Positions 27,401 through 42,400 of a stretch of DNA of 64,000 nt are shown here, one piece after another. A program made the position numbers and the translations under genes. Numbering within the stretch: the first letter of the stretch is position 1; each line of letters begins with the position of its first letter. Source of the DNA: Eledone cirrhosa (taxonomy: Eukaryota); the NCBI GenBank assembly GCA_964016885.1, contig OZ024742.1, positions 245,892,001 to 245,956,000 of the forward strand, in the 5' to 3' direction. A model generated the notes under the pieces. That model saw only the letters and a list, made by a program, of their open reading frames with translations, did no database searches and was not told the DNA's origin.

Positions 27401-30400
27401 GTTAGTTATCAGAATATTGTTAGTTATCAGAATATCGTTAGTTCTTCAGAATATTGTTATTTCTTAGAATATTGTTAGTTCTTTATAATATCGTTAGTTC
27501 TTCAGAATGTTGTTAGTTCTTAAGAATATTGTTAGTTCTTTAGAATATTGTTAGTTCTTAATAATATTGTTAGTTCTTCAGAATATTGTTATTTCTTCAG
27601 AATATTGTTAGTTCTTCAGAATATTGTTAGTTATCAGAGAATTGTTAGTTATCAGAATATTGCTAGTTCTTGAGAATATTGTTAATTCTTCGAAATATTG
27701 TTAGTTATCTGATTATTGTTAGTTCATTAGAATATTGTTAGTTATCAGAATATTGTTAGATTTTCAGAATATTGTTACTTATCAGAATATTATTAGTTAT
27801 CAATATTGTTAGTTTTTCAGAATATTATTAGTTTTTCAGAATATTGTTAGTTTTTCAGAATATTGTTAGTTCTTCAGAATATTGTTAGTTATCAGAATAT
27901 TGTCAGTTATTCAGAATATTGTTACTTATCAAAATATTGTTAGTTATCAGAACATTGTTAGTTCTTCAGAATATTGTCAGTTCTTCAGAACATTGTTAGT
28001 TCTTCAGAATATTGTTAGTTCTTCAGAATATTGTTAGTTCTTCAGAATATTGTTAGTTATCAAAATATCGTTAGTTCTTCAGAATATTGTTAGTTCTTCA
28101 GAATATTGTCAGTTATTCAGAATATTGTTAGTTCTTCAAAATATTGTTAGTTATCAGAATATTGTTAGTTCTTCAGAATATTGTTAGTTCTTCAGAATAT
28201 TATTAGTTATCAGAATATTGTTAGTTGTCAGAATATTGTTAGTTCTGCAGAATATTGTTAGTTCTTCAGAATATTGTTAGTTATCATAATATTGTTGTTT
28301 TCAGAATATTGTTAGTTATCAGAACATTGTTATTTATCAGAATATTGTTAGTTATCAGAGAATTGTTAGTTCTTCTGAATATTGTTAATTATCAGAATAT
28401 TGTTAGTTCTTAATATTATTGTCAGTTCTTCAGAATATTGTTATTTCTTCAGAATATTGTTAGTTATCAGAATATTGTTAGTTCTGCAGAATATTGTTAA
28501 TTATCAGAATATTGTTAGTTCTTCAGAATATTGTCAGTTATTCAGAATATTGTTAGTTCTTCAGAATATTGTTTCTTATCAGAATATTGTTAGTTATCAG
28601 AACATTGTTAGTTCTTCAGAATATTGTTAGTTATCAGAATATTGTTTCCCCTTCAGAATGTTATTAGTTCTGCAGAATATTGTTAGTTATCAGTATATTG
28701 TTAGTTCGTTAGAATATTGTTAGTTCTTCAGAACATTGTTAGTTTTTCAGAATATTGTTAGTTTTTCAGAATATTGTTAGTTTTTCAGAATATTTTCAGT
28801 TCTTTAGAATATTGTTAGTTCTTCAGAATATTGTTAGTTCTTCAGAATATTGTTAGCTCTTCAGAATATTGTTAGTTCTTCAGAATATTGTTAGTTACCA
28901 GAATATTGTTAGTTCTTCAGAATATTGTTAGTTATCAGAACATTGTTAGTTCTTCAGAATATTGTCAGTTCTTCAGAACATTGTTAGTTCTTCAGAATAT
29001 TGTTAGTTCTCACAGAATATTGTTAGTTCTTCAGAATATTGTTAGTTATCAGAATATTGTTAGTTCTTCAGAATATTGTTAGTTCTTCAGAATATTATTA
29101 GTTATCAGAATATTGTTAGTTATCAGAATATTGTTAGTTGTCAGAATATTGTTAGTTCTTCAGAATATTGTTAGTTACCAGAAAATTGTTAGGTCTTTAG
29201 AATATTGTTAGTTTTTCAGAATATTGTTAGTTCTTCAGAATATTGTCAATTATTCAGAATATTGTTAGTTCTTCAAAATATTGTTATTTATCAGAATATT
29301 GTTAGTTCTTCAGAATATTGTTAGTTATCAGAATATTGTCAGTTATTCAGAATATTGTTACTTATCAAAATATTGTTAGTTATCAGAACATTGTTAGTTC
29401 TTCAGAATATTGTCAGTTCTTCAGAACATTGTTAGTTCTTCAGAATATTGTTAGTTCTTCAGAATATTGTTAGTTCTTCAGAATATTGTTAGTTATCAAA
29501 ATATCGTTAGTTCTTCAGAATATTGTTAGTTCTTCAGAATATTGTCAGTTATTCAGAATATTGTTAGTTCTTCAAAATATTGTTAGTTATCAGAATATTG
29601 TTAGTTCTTCAGAATATTGTTAGTTCTTCAGAATATTATTAGTTATCAGAATATTGTTAGTTGTCAGAATATTGTTAGTTCTGCAGAATATTGTTAGTTC
29701 TTCAGAATATTGTTAGTTATCATAATATTGTTGTTTTCAGAATAGTGTTAGTTCTTCAGAATATTGTTAGTTATCAGAACATTGTTATTTATCAGAATAT
29801 TGTTAGTTATCAGAGAATTGTTAGTTCTTCTGAATATTGTTAATTATCAGAATATTGTTAGTTCTTAATATTATTGTCAGTTCTTCAGAATATTGTTATT
29901 TCTTCAGAATATTGTTAGTTATCAGAATATTGTTAGTTCTGCAGAATATTGTTAATTATCAGAATATTGTTAGTTCTTCAGAATATTGTCAGTTATTCAG
30001 AATATTGTTAGTTCTTTGAATATTGTTTCTTATCAGAATATTGTTAGTTATCAGAACATTGTTAGTTCTTCAGAATATTGTTAGTTATCAGAATATTGTT
30101 TCCCCTTCAGAATGTTATTAGTTCTTCAGAATATTGTTAGTTATCAGAATATTGTTAGTTCGTTAGAATATTGTTAGTTCTTCAGAACATTGTTAGTTTT
30201 TCAGAATATTTTCAGTTCTTTAGAATATTGTTAGTTCTTCAGAATATTGTTAGTTCTTCAGAATATTGTTAGTTCTTCAGAATATTGTTAGTTCTTCAGA
30301 ATATTGTTAGTTACCAGAATATTGTTAGTTCTTCAGAATATTGTTAGTTATCAGAACATTGTTAGTTCTTCAGAATATTGTCAGTTCTTCAGAACATTGT

Positions 30401-33400
30401 TAGTTCTTCAGAATATTGTTAGTTCTTCAGAATATTGTTAGTTTTTCAGAATATTGTTAGTTCTTCAGAATATTGTTAGTTACCAGAAAATTGTTAGGTC
30501 TTTAGAATATTGTTAGTTTTTCAGAATATTGTTAGTTCTTCAGAATATTGTCAGTTATTCAGAATATTGTTAGTTCTTCAAAATATTGTTATTTATCAGA
30601 ATATTGTTATTTCTTCAGAATATTGTTAGTTATCAGAATATTGTTAGTTCTTCAGAATATTGTTAGTTATCAGAATATTGTTAGTTCTTCAGAATATTGT
30701 CAGTTCTTCAGAATATTGTCAGTTATTCAGAATATTGTTAGTTCTTCAGAATATTGTTTCTTATCAGAATATTGTTAGTTATCAGAACATTGTTAGTTCT
30801 TCAGAATATTGTTTCATCTTCAGAATATTGTTAGTTCTTCAGAATATTGTTAGTTCTTCAGAATATTGTTAGTTCTTCAGAATATTGTTAGTTATCAGAA
30901 TATTGTTAGTTCTTCAGAATATTATTAGTTCTTCAGAATATTGTTAGTTATCAGAATATTGTTAGTTCTTCAGAATATTGTTAGTTCTTCAGAATATTGT
31001 TAGTTCTTCAGAATATTGTTAGTTATCAGAATATTTTCAGTTCTTCAGAATATTGTTAGTTCTTCAGAATATTGTTAGTTATCAGAATATTGTTAGTGCT
31101 GCAGAATATTGTTAATTATCAGCATATTGTTATTTCTTAATATTATTGTCAGTTCTTCGGAGTATTGTTAGTTCTTCAGAATATGGTTAGTTATCAGAAT
31201 ATTGTTAGTTCTGCAGAATATTGTCAGTTATCACAATATCATTAGTTCTTCAGAATATTGTTATTTATCAGAATATTGTTAGTTCTTAAGATTATTGTCA
31301 GTTCTTCAGAATATTGTTAGATTTCAGAATATTGTTAGTTCTTCAGAATATTATTGTTAATTCTTCAGAATGAGTTAATTCTTCAGAATATTGTTAGATT
31401 TCAGAATATTGTTAGTTCTTCAGAATATTATTGTTAATTCTTCAGAATGAGTTAATTCTTCAGAATATTGTTAGTTATCAGAATATTGTTAGTTATCAGA
31501 ATATTGTTAGTTCTTCAGAATATTGTTATTTCTTAGAATATTGTTAGTTCTTTATAATATCGTTAGTTCTTCAGAATATTGTTAGTTACCAGAAAATTGT
31601 TAGGTCTTTAGAATATTGTTAGTTTTTCAGAATATTGTTAGTTCTTCAGAATATTGTCAATTATTCAGAATATTGTTAGTTCTTCAAAATATTGTTATTT
31701 ATCAGAATATTGTTAGTTCTTCAGAATATTGTTAGTTATCAGAATATTGTCAGTTATTCAGAATATTGTTACTTATCAAAATATTGTTAGTTATCAGAAC
31801 ATTGTTAGTTCTTCAGAATATTGTCAGTTCTTCAGAACATTGTTAGTTCTTCAGAATATTGTTAGTTCTTCAGAATATTGTTAGTTCTTCAGAATATTGT
31901 TAGTTATCAAAATATCGTTAGTTCTTCAGAATATTGTTAGTTCTTCAGAATATTGTCAGTTATTCAGAATATTGTTAGTTCTTCAAAATATTGTTAGTTA
32001 TCAGAATATTGTTAGTTCTTCAGAATATTGTTAGTTCTTCAGAATATTATTAGTTATCAGAATATTGTTAGTTGTCAGAATATTGTTAGTTCTGCAGAAT
32101 ATTGTTAGTTCTTCAGAATATTGTTAGTTATCATAATATTGTTGTTTTCAGAATAGTGTTAGTTCTTCAGAATATTGTTAGTTATCAGAACATTGTTATT
32201 TATCAGAATATTGTTAGTTATCAGAGAATTGTTAGTTCTTCTGAATATTGTTAATTATCAGAATATTGTTAGTTCTTAATATTATTGTCAGTTCTTCAGA
32301 ATATTGTTATTTCTTCAGAATATTGTTAGTTATCAGAATATTGTTAGTTCTGCAGAATATTGTTAATTATCAGAATATTGTTAGTTCTTCAGAATATTGT
32401 CAGTTATTCAGAATATTGTTAGTTCTTTGAATATTGTTTCTTATCAGAATATTGTTAGTTATCAGAACATTGTTAGTTCTTCAGAATATTGTTAGTTATC
32501 AGAATATTGTTTCCCCTTCAGAATGTTATTAGTTCTTCAGAATATTGTTAGTTATCAGAATATTGTTAGTTCGTTAGAATATTGTTAGTTCTTCAGAACA
32601 TTGTTAGTTTTTCAGAATATTTTCAGTTCTTTAGAATATTGTTAGTTCTTCAGAATATTGTTAGTTCTTCAGAATATTGTTAGTTCTTCAGAATATTGTT
32701 AGTTCTTCAGAATATTGTTAGTTACCAGAATATTGTTAGTTCTTCAGAATATTGTTAGTTATCAGAACATTGTTAGTTCTTCAGAATATTGTCAGTTCTT
32801 CAGAACATTGTTAGTTCTTCAGAATATTGTTAGTTCTTCAGAATATTGTTAGTTTTTCAGAATATTGTTAGTTCTTCAGAATATTGTTAGTTACCAGAAA
32901 ATTGTTAGGTCTTTAGAATATTGTTAGTTTTTCAGAATATTGTTAGTTCTTCAGAATATTGTCAGTTATTCAGAATATTGTTAGTTCTTCAAAATATTGT
33001 TATTTATCAGAATATTGTTATTTCTTCAGAATATTGTTAGTTATCAGAATATTGTTAGTTCTTCAGAATATTGTTAGTTATCAGAATATTGTTAGTTCTT
33101 CAGAATATTGTCAGTTCTTCAGAATATTGTCAGTTATTCAGAATATTGTTAGTTCTTCAGAATATTGTTTCTTATCAGAATATTGTTAGTTATCAGAACA
33201 TTGTTAGTTCTTCAGAATATTGTTTCATCTTCAGAATATTGTTAGTTCTTCAGAATATTGTTAGTTCTTCAGAATATTGTTAGTTCTTCAGAATATTGTT
33301 AGTTATCAGAATATTGTTAGTTCTTCAGAATATTATTAGTTCTTCAGAATATTGTTAGTTATCAGAATATTGTTAGTTCTTCAGAATATTGTTAGTTCTT

Positions 33401-36400
33401 CAGAATATTGTTAGTTCTTCAGAATATTGTTAGTTATCAGAATATTTTCAGTTCTTCAGAATATTGTTAGTTCTTCAGAATATTGTTAGTTATCAGAATA
33501 TTGTTAGTGCTGCAGAATATTGTTAATTATCAGCATATTGTTATTTCTTAATATTATTGTCAGTTCTTCGGAGTATTGTTAGTTCTTCAGAATATGGTTA
33601 GTTATCAGAATATTGTTAGTTCTGCAGAATATTGTCAGTTATCACAATATCATTAGTTCTTCAGAATATTGTTATTTATCAGAATATTGTTAGTTCTTAA
33701 GATTATTGTCAGTTCTTCAGAATATTGTTAGATTTCAGAATATTGTTAGTTCTTCAGAATATTATTGTTAATTCTTCAGAATGAGTTAATTCTTCAGAAT
33801 ATTGTTAGATTTCAGAATATTGTTAGTTCTTCAGAATATTATTGTTAATTCTTCAGAATGAGTTAATTCTTCAGAATATTGTTAGTTATCAGAATATTGT
33901 TAGTTATCAGAATATTGTTAGTTCTTCAGAATATTGTTATTTCTTAGAATATTGTTAGTTCTTTATAATATCGTTAGTTCTTCAGAATATTGTTAGTTCT
34001 TAAGAATATTGTTAGTTCTTTAGAATATTGTTAGTTCTTAATATTATTGTCAGTTCTTCAGAATATTGTTATTTCTTCAGAATATTGTTAGTTATAAGAA
34101 TATTGTTAGTTCTTTATATTATTGTCAGTTCTTCAGAACATTGTTATTTCTTCAGAATATTGTTAGTTATAAGAATATTGTTAGTTCTTCAGAATATTGT
34201 TAGTTATCGGAGAATTGTTAGTTATCAGAATATTGCTAGTTCTTCAGAATATTGTTAATTCTTCGAAATATTGTTAGTTATCTGATTATTGTTAGTTCAT
34301 TAGAATATTGTTAGTTATCAGAATATTGTTAGATTTTCAGAATATTGTTACTTATCAGAATATTATTAGTTATCAATATTGTTAGTTTTTCAGAATATTA
34401 TTAGTTTTTCAGAATATTGTTAGTTTTTCAGAATATTGTTAGTTCTTCAGAATATTGTTAGTTATCAGAATATTGTCAGTTATTCAGAATATTGTTACTT
34501 ATCAAAATATTGTTAGTTATCAGAACATTGTTAGTTCTTCAGAATATTGTCAGTTCTTCAGAACATTGTTAGTTCTTCAGAATATTGTTAGTTCTTCAGA
34601 ATATTGTTAGTTCTTCAGAATATTGTTAGTTATCAAAATATCGTTAGTTCTTCAGAATATTGTGAGTTTTTCAGAATATTGTTAGTTCTTCAGAATATTA
34701 TCAGTTCTTCAGAATATTGTTAGTTCTTCAAAATATTGTTAGTTATCAGAATATTGTTAGTTCTTCAGAATATTGTTAGTTCTTCAGAATATTATTAGTT
34801 ATCAGAATATTGTTAGTTGTCAGAATATTGTTAGTTCTGCAGAATATTGTTAGTTCTTCAGAATATTGTTAGTTATCATAATATTGTTGTTTTCAGAATA
34901 GTGTTAGTTCTTCAGAATATTGTTAGTTATCAGAACATTGTTATTTATCAGAATATTGTTAGTTATCAGAGAATTGTTAGTTCTTCTGAATATTGTTAAT
35001 TATCAGAATATTGTTAGTTCTTAATATTATTGTCAGTTCTTCAGAATATTGTTATTTCTTCAGAATATTGTTAGTTATCAGAATATTGTTAGTTCTGCAG
35101 AATATTGTTAATTATCAGAATATTGTTAGTTCTTCAGAATATTGTCAGTTATTCAGAATATTGTTAGTTCTTTGAATATTGTTTCTTATCAGAATATTGT
35201 TAGTTATCAGAACATTGTTAGTTCTTCAGAATATTGTTAGTTATCAGAATATTGTTTCCCCTTCAGAATGTTATTAGTTCTTCAGAATATTGTTAGTTAT
35301 CAGAATATTGTTAGTTCGTTAGAATATTGTTAGTTCTTCAGAACATTGTTAGTTTTTCAGAATATTTTCAGTTCTTTAGAATATTGTTAGTTCTTCAGAA
35401 TATTGTTAGTTCTTCAGAATATTGTTAGTTCTTCAGAATATTGTTAGTTCTTCAGAATATTGTTAGTTACCAGAATATTGTTAGTTCTTCAGAATATTGT
35501 TAGTTATCAGAACATTGTTAGTTCTTCAGAATATTGTCAGTTCTTCAGAACATTGTTAGTTATTCAGAATATTGTTAGTTCTTCAGAATATTGTTAGTTT
35601 TTCAGAATATTGTTAGTTCTTCAGAATATTGTTAGTTACCAGAAAATTGTTAGGTCTTTAGAATATTGTTAGTTTTTCAGAATATTGTTAGTTCTTCAGA
35701 ATATTGTCAGTTATTCAGAATATTGTTAGTTCTTCAAAATATTGTTATTTATCAGAATATTGTTATTTCTTCAGAATATTGTTAGTTATCAGAATATTGT
35801 TAGTTCTTCAGAATATTGTTAGTTATCAGAATATTGTTAGTTCTTCAGAATATTGTCAGTTCTTCAGAATATTGTCAGTTATTCAGAATATTGTTAGTTC
35901 TTCAGAATATTGTTTCTTATCAGAATATTGTTAGTTATCAGAACATTGTTAGTTCTTCAGAATATTGTTTCATCTTCAGAATATTGTTAGTTCTTCAGAA
36001 TATTGTTAGTTCTTCAGAATATTGTTAGTTCTTCAGAATATTGTTAGTTATCAGAATATTGTTAGTTCTTCAGAATATTATTAGTTCTTCAGAATATTGT
36101 TAGTTATCAGAATATTGTTAGTTCTTCAGAATATTGTTAGTTCTTCAGAATATTGTTAGTTCTTCAGAATATTGTTAGTTATCAGAATATTTTCAGTTCT
36201 TCAGAATATTGTTAGTTCTTCAGAATATTGTTAGTTATCAGAATATTGTTAGTGCTGCAGAATATTGTTAATTATCAGCATATTGTTATTTCTTAATATT
36301 ATTGTCAGTTCTTCGGAGTATTGTTAGTTCTTCAGAATATGGTTAGTTATCAGAATATTGTTAGTTCTGCAGAATATTGTCAGTTATCACAATATCATTA

Positions 36401-39400
36401 GTTCTTCAGAATATTGTTATTTATCAGAATATTGTTAGTTCTTAAGATTATTGTCAGTTCTTCAGAATATTGTTAGATTTCAGAATATTGTTAGTTCTTC
36501 AGAATATTATTGTTAATTCTTCAGAATGAGTTAATTCTTCAGAATATTGTTAGATTTCAGAATATTGTTAGTTCTTCAGAATATTATTGTTAATTCTTCA
36601 GAATGAGTTAATTCTTCAGAATATTGTTAGTTATCAGAGAATTGTTAGTTATCAGAATATTGCTAGTTCTTGAGAATATTGTTAATTCTTCGAAATATTG
36701 TTAGTTATCTGATTATTGTTAGTTCATTAGAATATTGTTAGTTATCAGAATATTGTTAGATTTTCAGAATATTGTTACTTATCAGAATATTATTAGTTAT
36801 CAATATTGTTAGTTTTTCAGAATATTATTAGTTTTTCAGAATATTGTTAGTTTTTCAGAATATTGTTAGTTCTTCAGAATATTGTTAGTTATCAGAATAT
36901 TGTCAGTTATTCAGAATATTGTTACTTATCAAAATATTGTTAGTTATCAGAACATTGTTAGTTCTTCAGAATATTGTCAGTTCTTCAGAACATTGTTAGT
37001 TCTTCAGAATATTGTTAGTTCTTCAGAATATTGTTAGTTCTTCAGAATATTGTTAGTTATCAAAATATCGTTAGTTCTTCAGAATATTGTTAGTTCTTCA
37101 GAATATTGTCAGTTATTCAGAATATTGTTAGTTCTTCAAAATATTGTTAGTTATCAGAATATTGTTAGTTCTTCAGAATATTGTTAGTTCTTCAGAATAT
37201 TATTAGTTATCAGAATATTGTTAGTTGTCAGAATATTGTTAGTTCTGCAGAATATTGTTAGTTCTTCAGAATATTGTTAGTTATCATAATATTGTTGTTT
37301 TCAGAATATTGTTAGTTATCAGAACATTGTTATTTATCAGAATATTGTTAGTTATCAGAGAATTGTTAGTTCTTCTGAATATTGTTAATTATCAGAATAT
37401 TGTTAGTTCTTAATATTATTGTCAGTTCTTCAGAATATTGTTATTTCTTCAGAATATTGTTAGTTATCAGAATATTGTTAGTTCTGCAGAATATTGTTAA
37501 TTATCAGAATATTGTTAGTTCTTCAGAATATTGTCAGTTATTCAGAATATTGTTAGTTCTTCAGAATATTGTTTCTTATCAGAATATTGTTAGTTATCAG
37601 AACATTGTTAGTTCTTCAGAATATTGTTAGTTATCAGAATATTGTTTCCCCTTCAGAATGTTATTAGTTCTGCAGAATATTGTTAGTTATCAGTATATTG
37701 TTAGTTCGTTAGAATATTGTTAGTTCTTCAGAACATTGTTAGTTTTTCAGAATATTGTTAGTTTTTCAGAATATTGTTAGTTTTTCAGAATATTTTCAGT
37801 TCTTTAGAATATTGTTAGTTCTTCAGAATATTGTTAGTTCTTCAGAATATTGTTAGCTCTTCAGAATATTGTTAGTTCTTCAGAATATTGTTAGTTACCA
37901 GAATATTGTTAGTTCTTCAGAATATTGTTAGTTATCAGAACATTGTTAGTTCTTCAGAATATTGTCAGTTCTTCAGAACATTGTTAGTTCTTCAGAATAT
38001 TGTTAGTTCTCACAGAATATTGTTAGTTCTTCAGAATATTGTTAGTTATCAGAATATTGTTAGTTCTTCAGAATATTGTTAGTTCTTCAGAATATTATTA
38101 GTTATCAGAATATTGTTAGTTATCAGAATATTGTTAGTTGTCAGAATATTGTTAGTTCTTCAGAATATTGTTAGTTACCAGAAAATTGTTAGGTCTTTAG
38201 AATATTGTTAGTTTTTCAGAATATTGTTAGTTCTTCAGAATATTGTCAATTATTCAGAATATTGTTAGTTCTTCAAAATATTGTTATTTATCAGAATATT
38301 GTTAGTTCTTCAGAATATTGTTAGTTATCAGAATATTGTCAGTTATTCAGAATATTGTTACTTATCAAAATATTGTTAGTTATCAGAACATTGTTAGTTC
38401 TTCAGAATATTGTCAGTTCTTCAGAACATTGTTAGTTCTTCAGAATATTGTTAGTTCTTCAGAATATTGTTAGTTCTTCAGAATATTGTTAGTTATCAAA
38501 ATATCGTTAGTTCTTCAGAATATTGTTAGTTCTTCAGAATATTGTCAGTTATTCAGAATATTGTTAGTTCTTCAAAATATTGTTAGTTATCAGAATATTG
38601 TTAGTTCTTCAGAATATTGTTAGTTCTTCAGAATATTATTAGTTATCAGAATATTGTTAGTTGTCAGAATATTGTTAGTTCTGCAGAATATTGTTAGTTC
38701 TTCAGAATATTGTTAGTTATCATAATATTGTTGTTTTCAGAATAGTGTTAGTTCTTCAGAATATTGTTAGTTATCAGAACATTGTTATTTATCAGAATAT
38801 TGTTAGTTATCAGAGAATTGTTAGTTCTTCTGAATATTGTTAATTATCAGAATATTGTTAGTTCTTAATATTATTGTCAGTTCTTCAGAATATTGTTATT
38901 TCTTCAGAATATTGTTAGTTATCAGAATATTGTTAGTTCTGCAGAATATTGTTAATTATCAGAATATTGTTAGTTCTTCAGAATATTGTCAGTTATTCAG
39001 AATATTGTTAGTTCTTTGAATATTGTTTCTTATCAGAATATTGTTAGTTATCAGAACATTGTTAGTTCTTCAGAATATTGTTAGTTATCAGAATATTGTT
39101 TCCCCTTCAGAATGTTATTAGTTCTTCAGAATATTGTTAGTTATCAGAATATTGTTAGTTCGTTAGAATATTGTTAGTTCTTCAGAACATTGTTAGTTTT
39201 TCAGAATATTTTCAGTTCTTTAGAATATTGTTAGTTCTTCAGAATATTGTTAGTTCTTCAGAATATTGTTAGTTCTTCAGAATATTGTTAGTTCTTCAGA
39301 ATATTGTTAGTTACCAGAATATTGTTAGTTCTTCAGAATATTGTTAGTTATCAGAACATTGTTAGTTCTTCAGAATATTGTCAGTTCTTCAGAACATTGT

Positions 39401-42400
39401 TAGTTCTTCAGAATATTGTTAGTTCTTCAGAATATTGTTAGTTTTTCAGAATATTGTTAGTTCTTCAGAATATTGTTAGTTACCAGAAAATTGTTAGGTC
39501 TTTAGAATATTGTTAGTTTTTCAGAATATTGTTAGTTCTTCAGAATATTGTCAGTTATTCAGAATATTGTTAGTTCTTCAAAATATTGTTATTTATCAGA
39601 ATATTGTTATTTCTTCAGAATATTGTTAGTTATCAGAATATTGTTAGTTCTTCAGAATATTGTTAGTTATCAGAATATTGTTAGTTCTTCAGAATATTGT
39701 CAGTTCTTCAGAATATTGTCAGTTATTCAGAATATTGTTAGTTCTTCAGAATATTGTTTCTTATCAGAATATTGTTAGTTATCAGAACATTGTTAGTTCT
39801 TCAGAATATTGTTTCATCTTCAGAATATTGTTAGTTCTTCAGAATATTGTTAGTTCTTCAGAATATTGTTAGTTCTTCAGAATATTGTTAGTTATCAGAA
39901 TATTGTTAGTTCTTCAGAATATTATTAGTTCTTCAGAATATTGTTAGTTATCAGAATATTGTTAGTTCTTCAGAATATTGTTAGTTCTTCAGAATATTGT
40001 TAGTTCTTCAGAATATTGTTAGTTATCAGAATATTTTCAGTTCTTCAGAATATTGTTAGTTCTTCAGAATATTGTTAGTTATCAGAATATTGTTAGTGCT
40101 GCAGAATATTGTTAATTATCAGCATATTGTTATTTCTTAATATTATTGTCAGTTCTTCGGAGTATTGTTAGTTCTTCAGAATATGGTTAGTTATCAGAAT
40201 ATTGTTAGTTCTGCAGAATATTGTCAGTTATCACAATATCATTAGTTCTTCAGAATATTGTTATTTATCAGAATATTGTTAGTTCTTAAGATTATTGTCA
40301 GTTCTTCAGAATATTGTTAGATTTCAGAATATTGTTAGTTCTTCAGAATATTATTGTTAATTCTTCAGAATGAGTTAATTCTTCAGAATATTGTTAGATT
40401 TCAGAATATTGTTAGTTCTTCAGAATATTATTGTTAATTCTTCAGAATGAGTTAATTCTTCAGAATATTGTTAGTTATCAGAATATTGTTAGTTATCAGA
40501 ATATTGTTAGTTCTTCAGAATATTGTTATTTCTTAGAATATTGTTAGTTCTTTATAATATCGTTAGTTCTTCAGAATATTGTTAGTTACCAGAAAATTGT
40601 TAGGTCTTTAGAATATTGTTAGTTTTTCAGAATATTGTTAGTTCTTCAGAATATTGTCAATTATTCAGAATATTGTTAGTTCTTCAAAATATTGTTATTT
40701 ATCAGAATATTGTTAGTTCTTCAGAATATTGTTAGTTATCAGAATATTGTCAGTTATTCAGAATATTGTTACTTATCAAAATATTGTTAGTTATCAGAAC
40801 ATTGTTAGTTCTTCAGAATATTGTCAGTTCTTCAGAACATTGTTAGTTCTTCAGAATATTGTTAGTTCTTCAGAATATTGTTAGTTCTTCAGAATATTGT
40901 TAGTTATCAAAATATCGTTAGTTCTTCAGAATATTGTTAGTTCTTCAGAATATTGTCAGTTATTCAGAATATTGTTAGTTCTTCAAAATATTGTTAGTTA
41001 TCAGAATATTGTTAGTTCTTCAGAATATTGTTAGTTCTTCAGAATATTATTAGTTATCAGAATATTGTTAGTTGTCAGAATATTGTTAGTTCTGCAGAAT
41101 ATTGTTAGTTCTTCAGAATATTGTTAGTTATCATAATATTGTTGTTTTCAGAATAGTGTTAGTTCTTCAGAATATTGTTAGTTATCAGAACATTGTTATT
41201 TATCAGAATATTGTTAGTTATCAGAGAATTGTTAGTTCTTCTGAATATTGTTAATTATCAGAATATTGTTAGTTCTTAATATTATTGTCAGTTCTTCAGA
41301 ATATTGTTATTTCTTCAGAATATTGTTAGTTATCAGAATATTGTTAGTTCTGCAGAATATTGTTAATTATCAGAATATTGTTAGTTCTTCAGAATATTGT
41401 CAGTTATTCAGAATATTGTTAGTTCTTTGAATATTGTTTCTTATCAGAATATTGTTAGTTATCAGAACATTGTTAGTTCTTCAGAATATTGTTAGTTATC
41501 AGAATATTGTTTCCCCTTCAGAATGTTATTAGTTCTTCAGAATATTGTTAGTTATCAGAATATTGTTAGTTCGTTAGAATATTGTTAGTTCTTCAGAACA
41601 TTGTTAGTTTTTCAGAATATTTTCAGTTCTTTAGAATATTGTTAGTTCTTCAGAATATTGTTAGTTCTTCAGAATATTGTTAGTTCTTCAGAATATTGTT
41701 AGTTCTTCAGAATATTGTTAGTTACCAGAATATTGTTAGTTCTTCAGAATATTGTTAGTTATCAGAACATTGTTAGTTCTTCAGAATATTGTCAGTTCTT
41801 CAGAACATTGTTAGTTCTTCAGAATATTGTTAGTTCTTCAGAATATTGTTAGTTTTTCAGAATATTGTTAGTTCTTCAGAATATTGTTAGTTACCAGAAA
41901 ATTGTTAGGTCTTTAGAATATTGTTAGTTTTTCAGAATATTGTTAGTTCTTCAGAATATTGTCAGTTATTCAGAATATTGTTAGTTCTTCAAAATATTGT
42001 TATTTATCAGAATATTGTTATTTCTTCAGAATATTGTTAGTTATCAGAATATTGTTAGTTCTTCAGAATATTGTTAGTTATCAGAATATTGTTAGTTCTT
42101 CAGAATATTGTCAGTTCTTCAGAATATTGTCAGTTATTCAGAATATTGTTAGTTCTTCAGAATATTGTTTCTTATCAGAATATTGTTAGTTATCAGAACA
42201 TTGTTAGTTCTTCAGAATATTGTTTCATCTTCAGAATATTGTTAGTTCTTCAGAATATTGTTAGTTCTTCAGAATATTGTTAGTTCTTCAGAATATTGTT
42301 AGTTATCAGAATATTGTTAGTTCTTCAGAATATTATTAGTTCTTCAGAATATTGTTAGTTATCAGAATATTGTTAGTTCTTCAGAATATTGTTAGTTCTT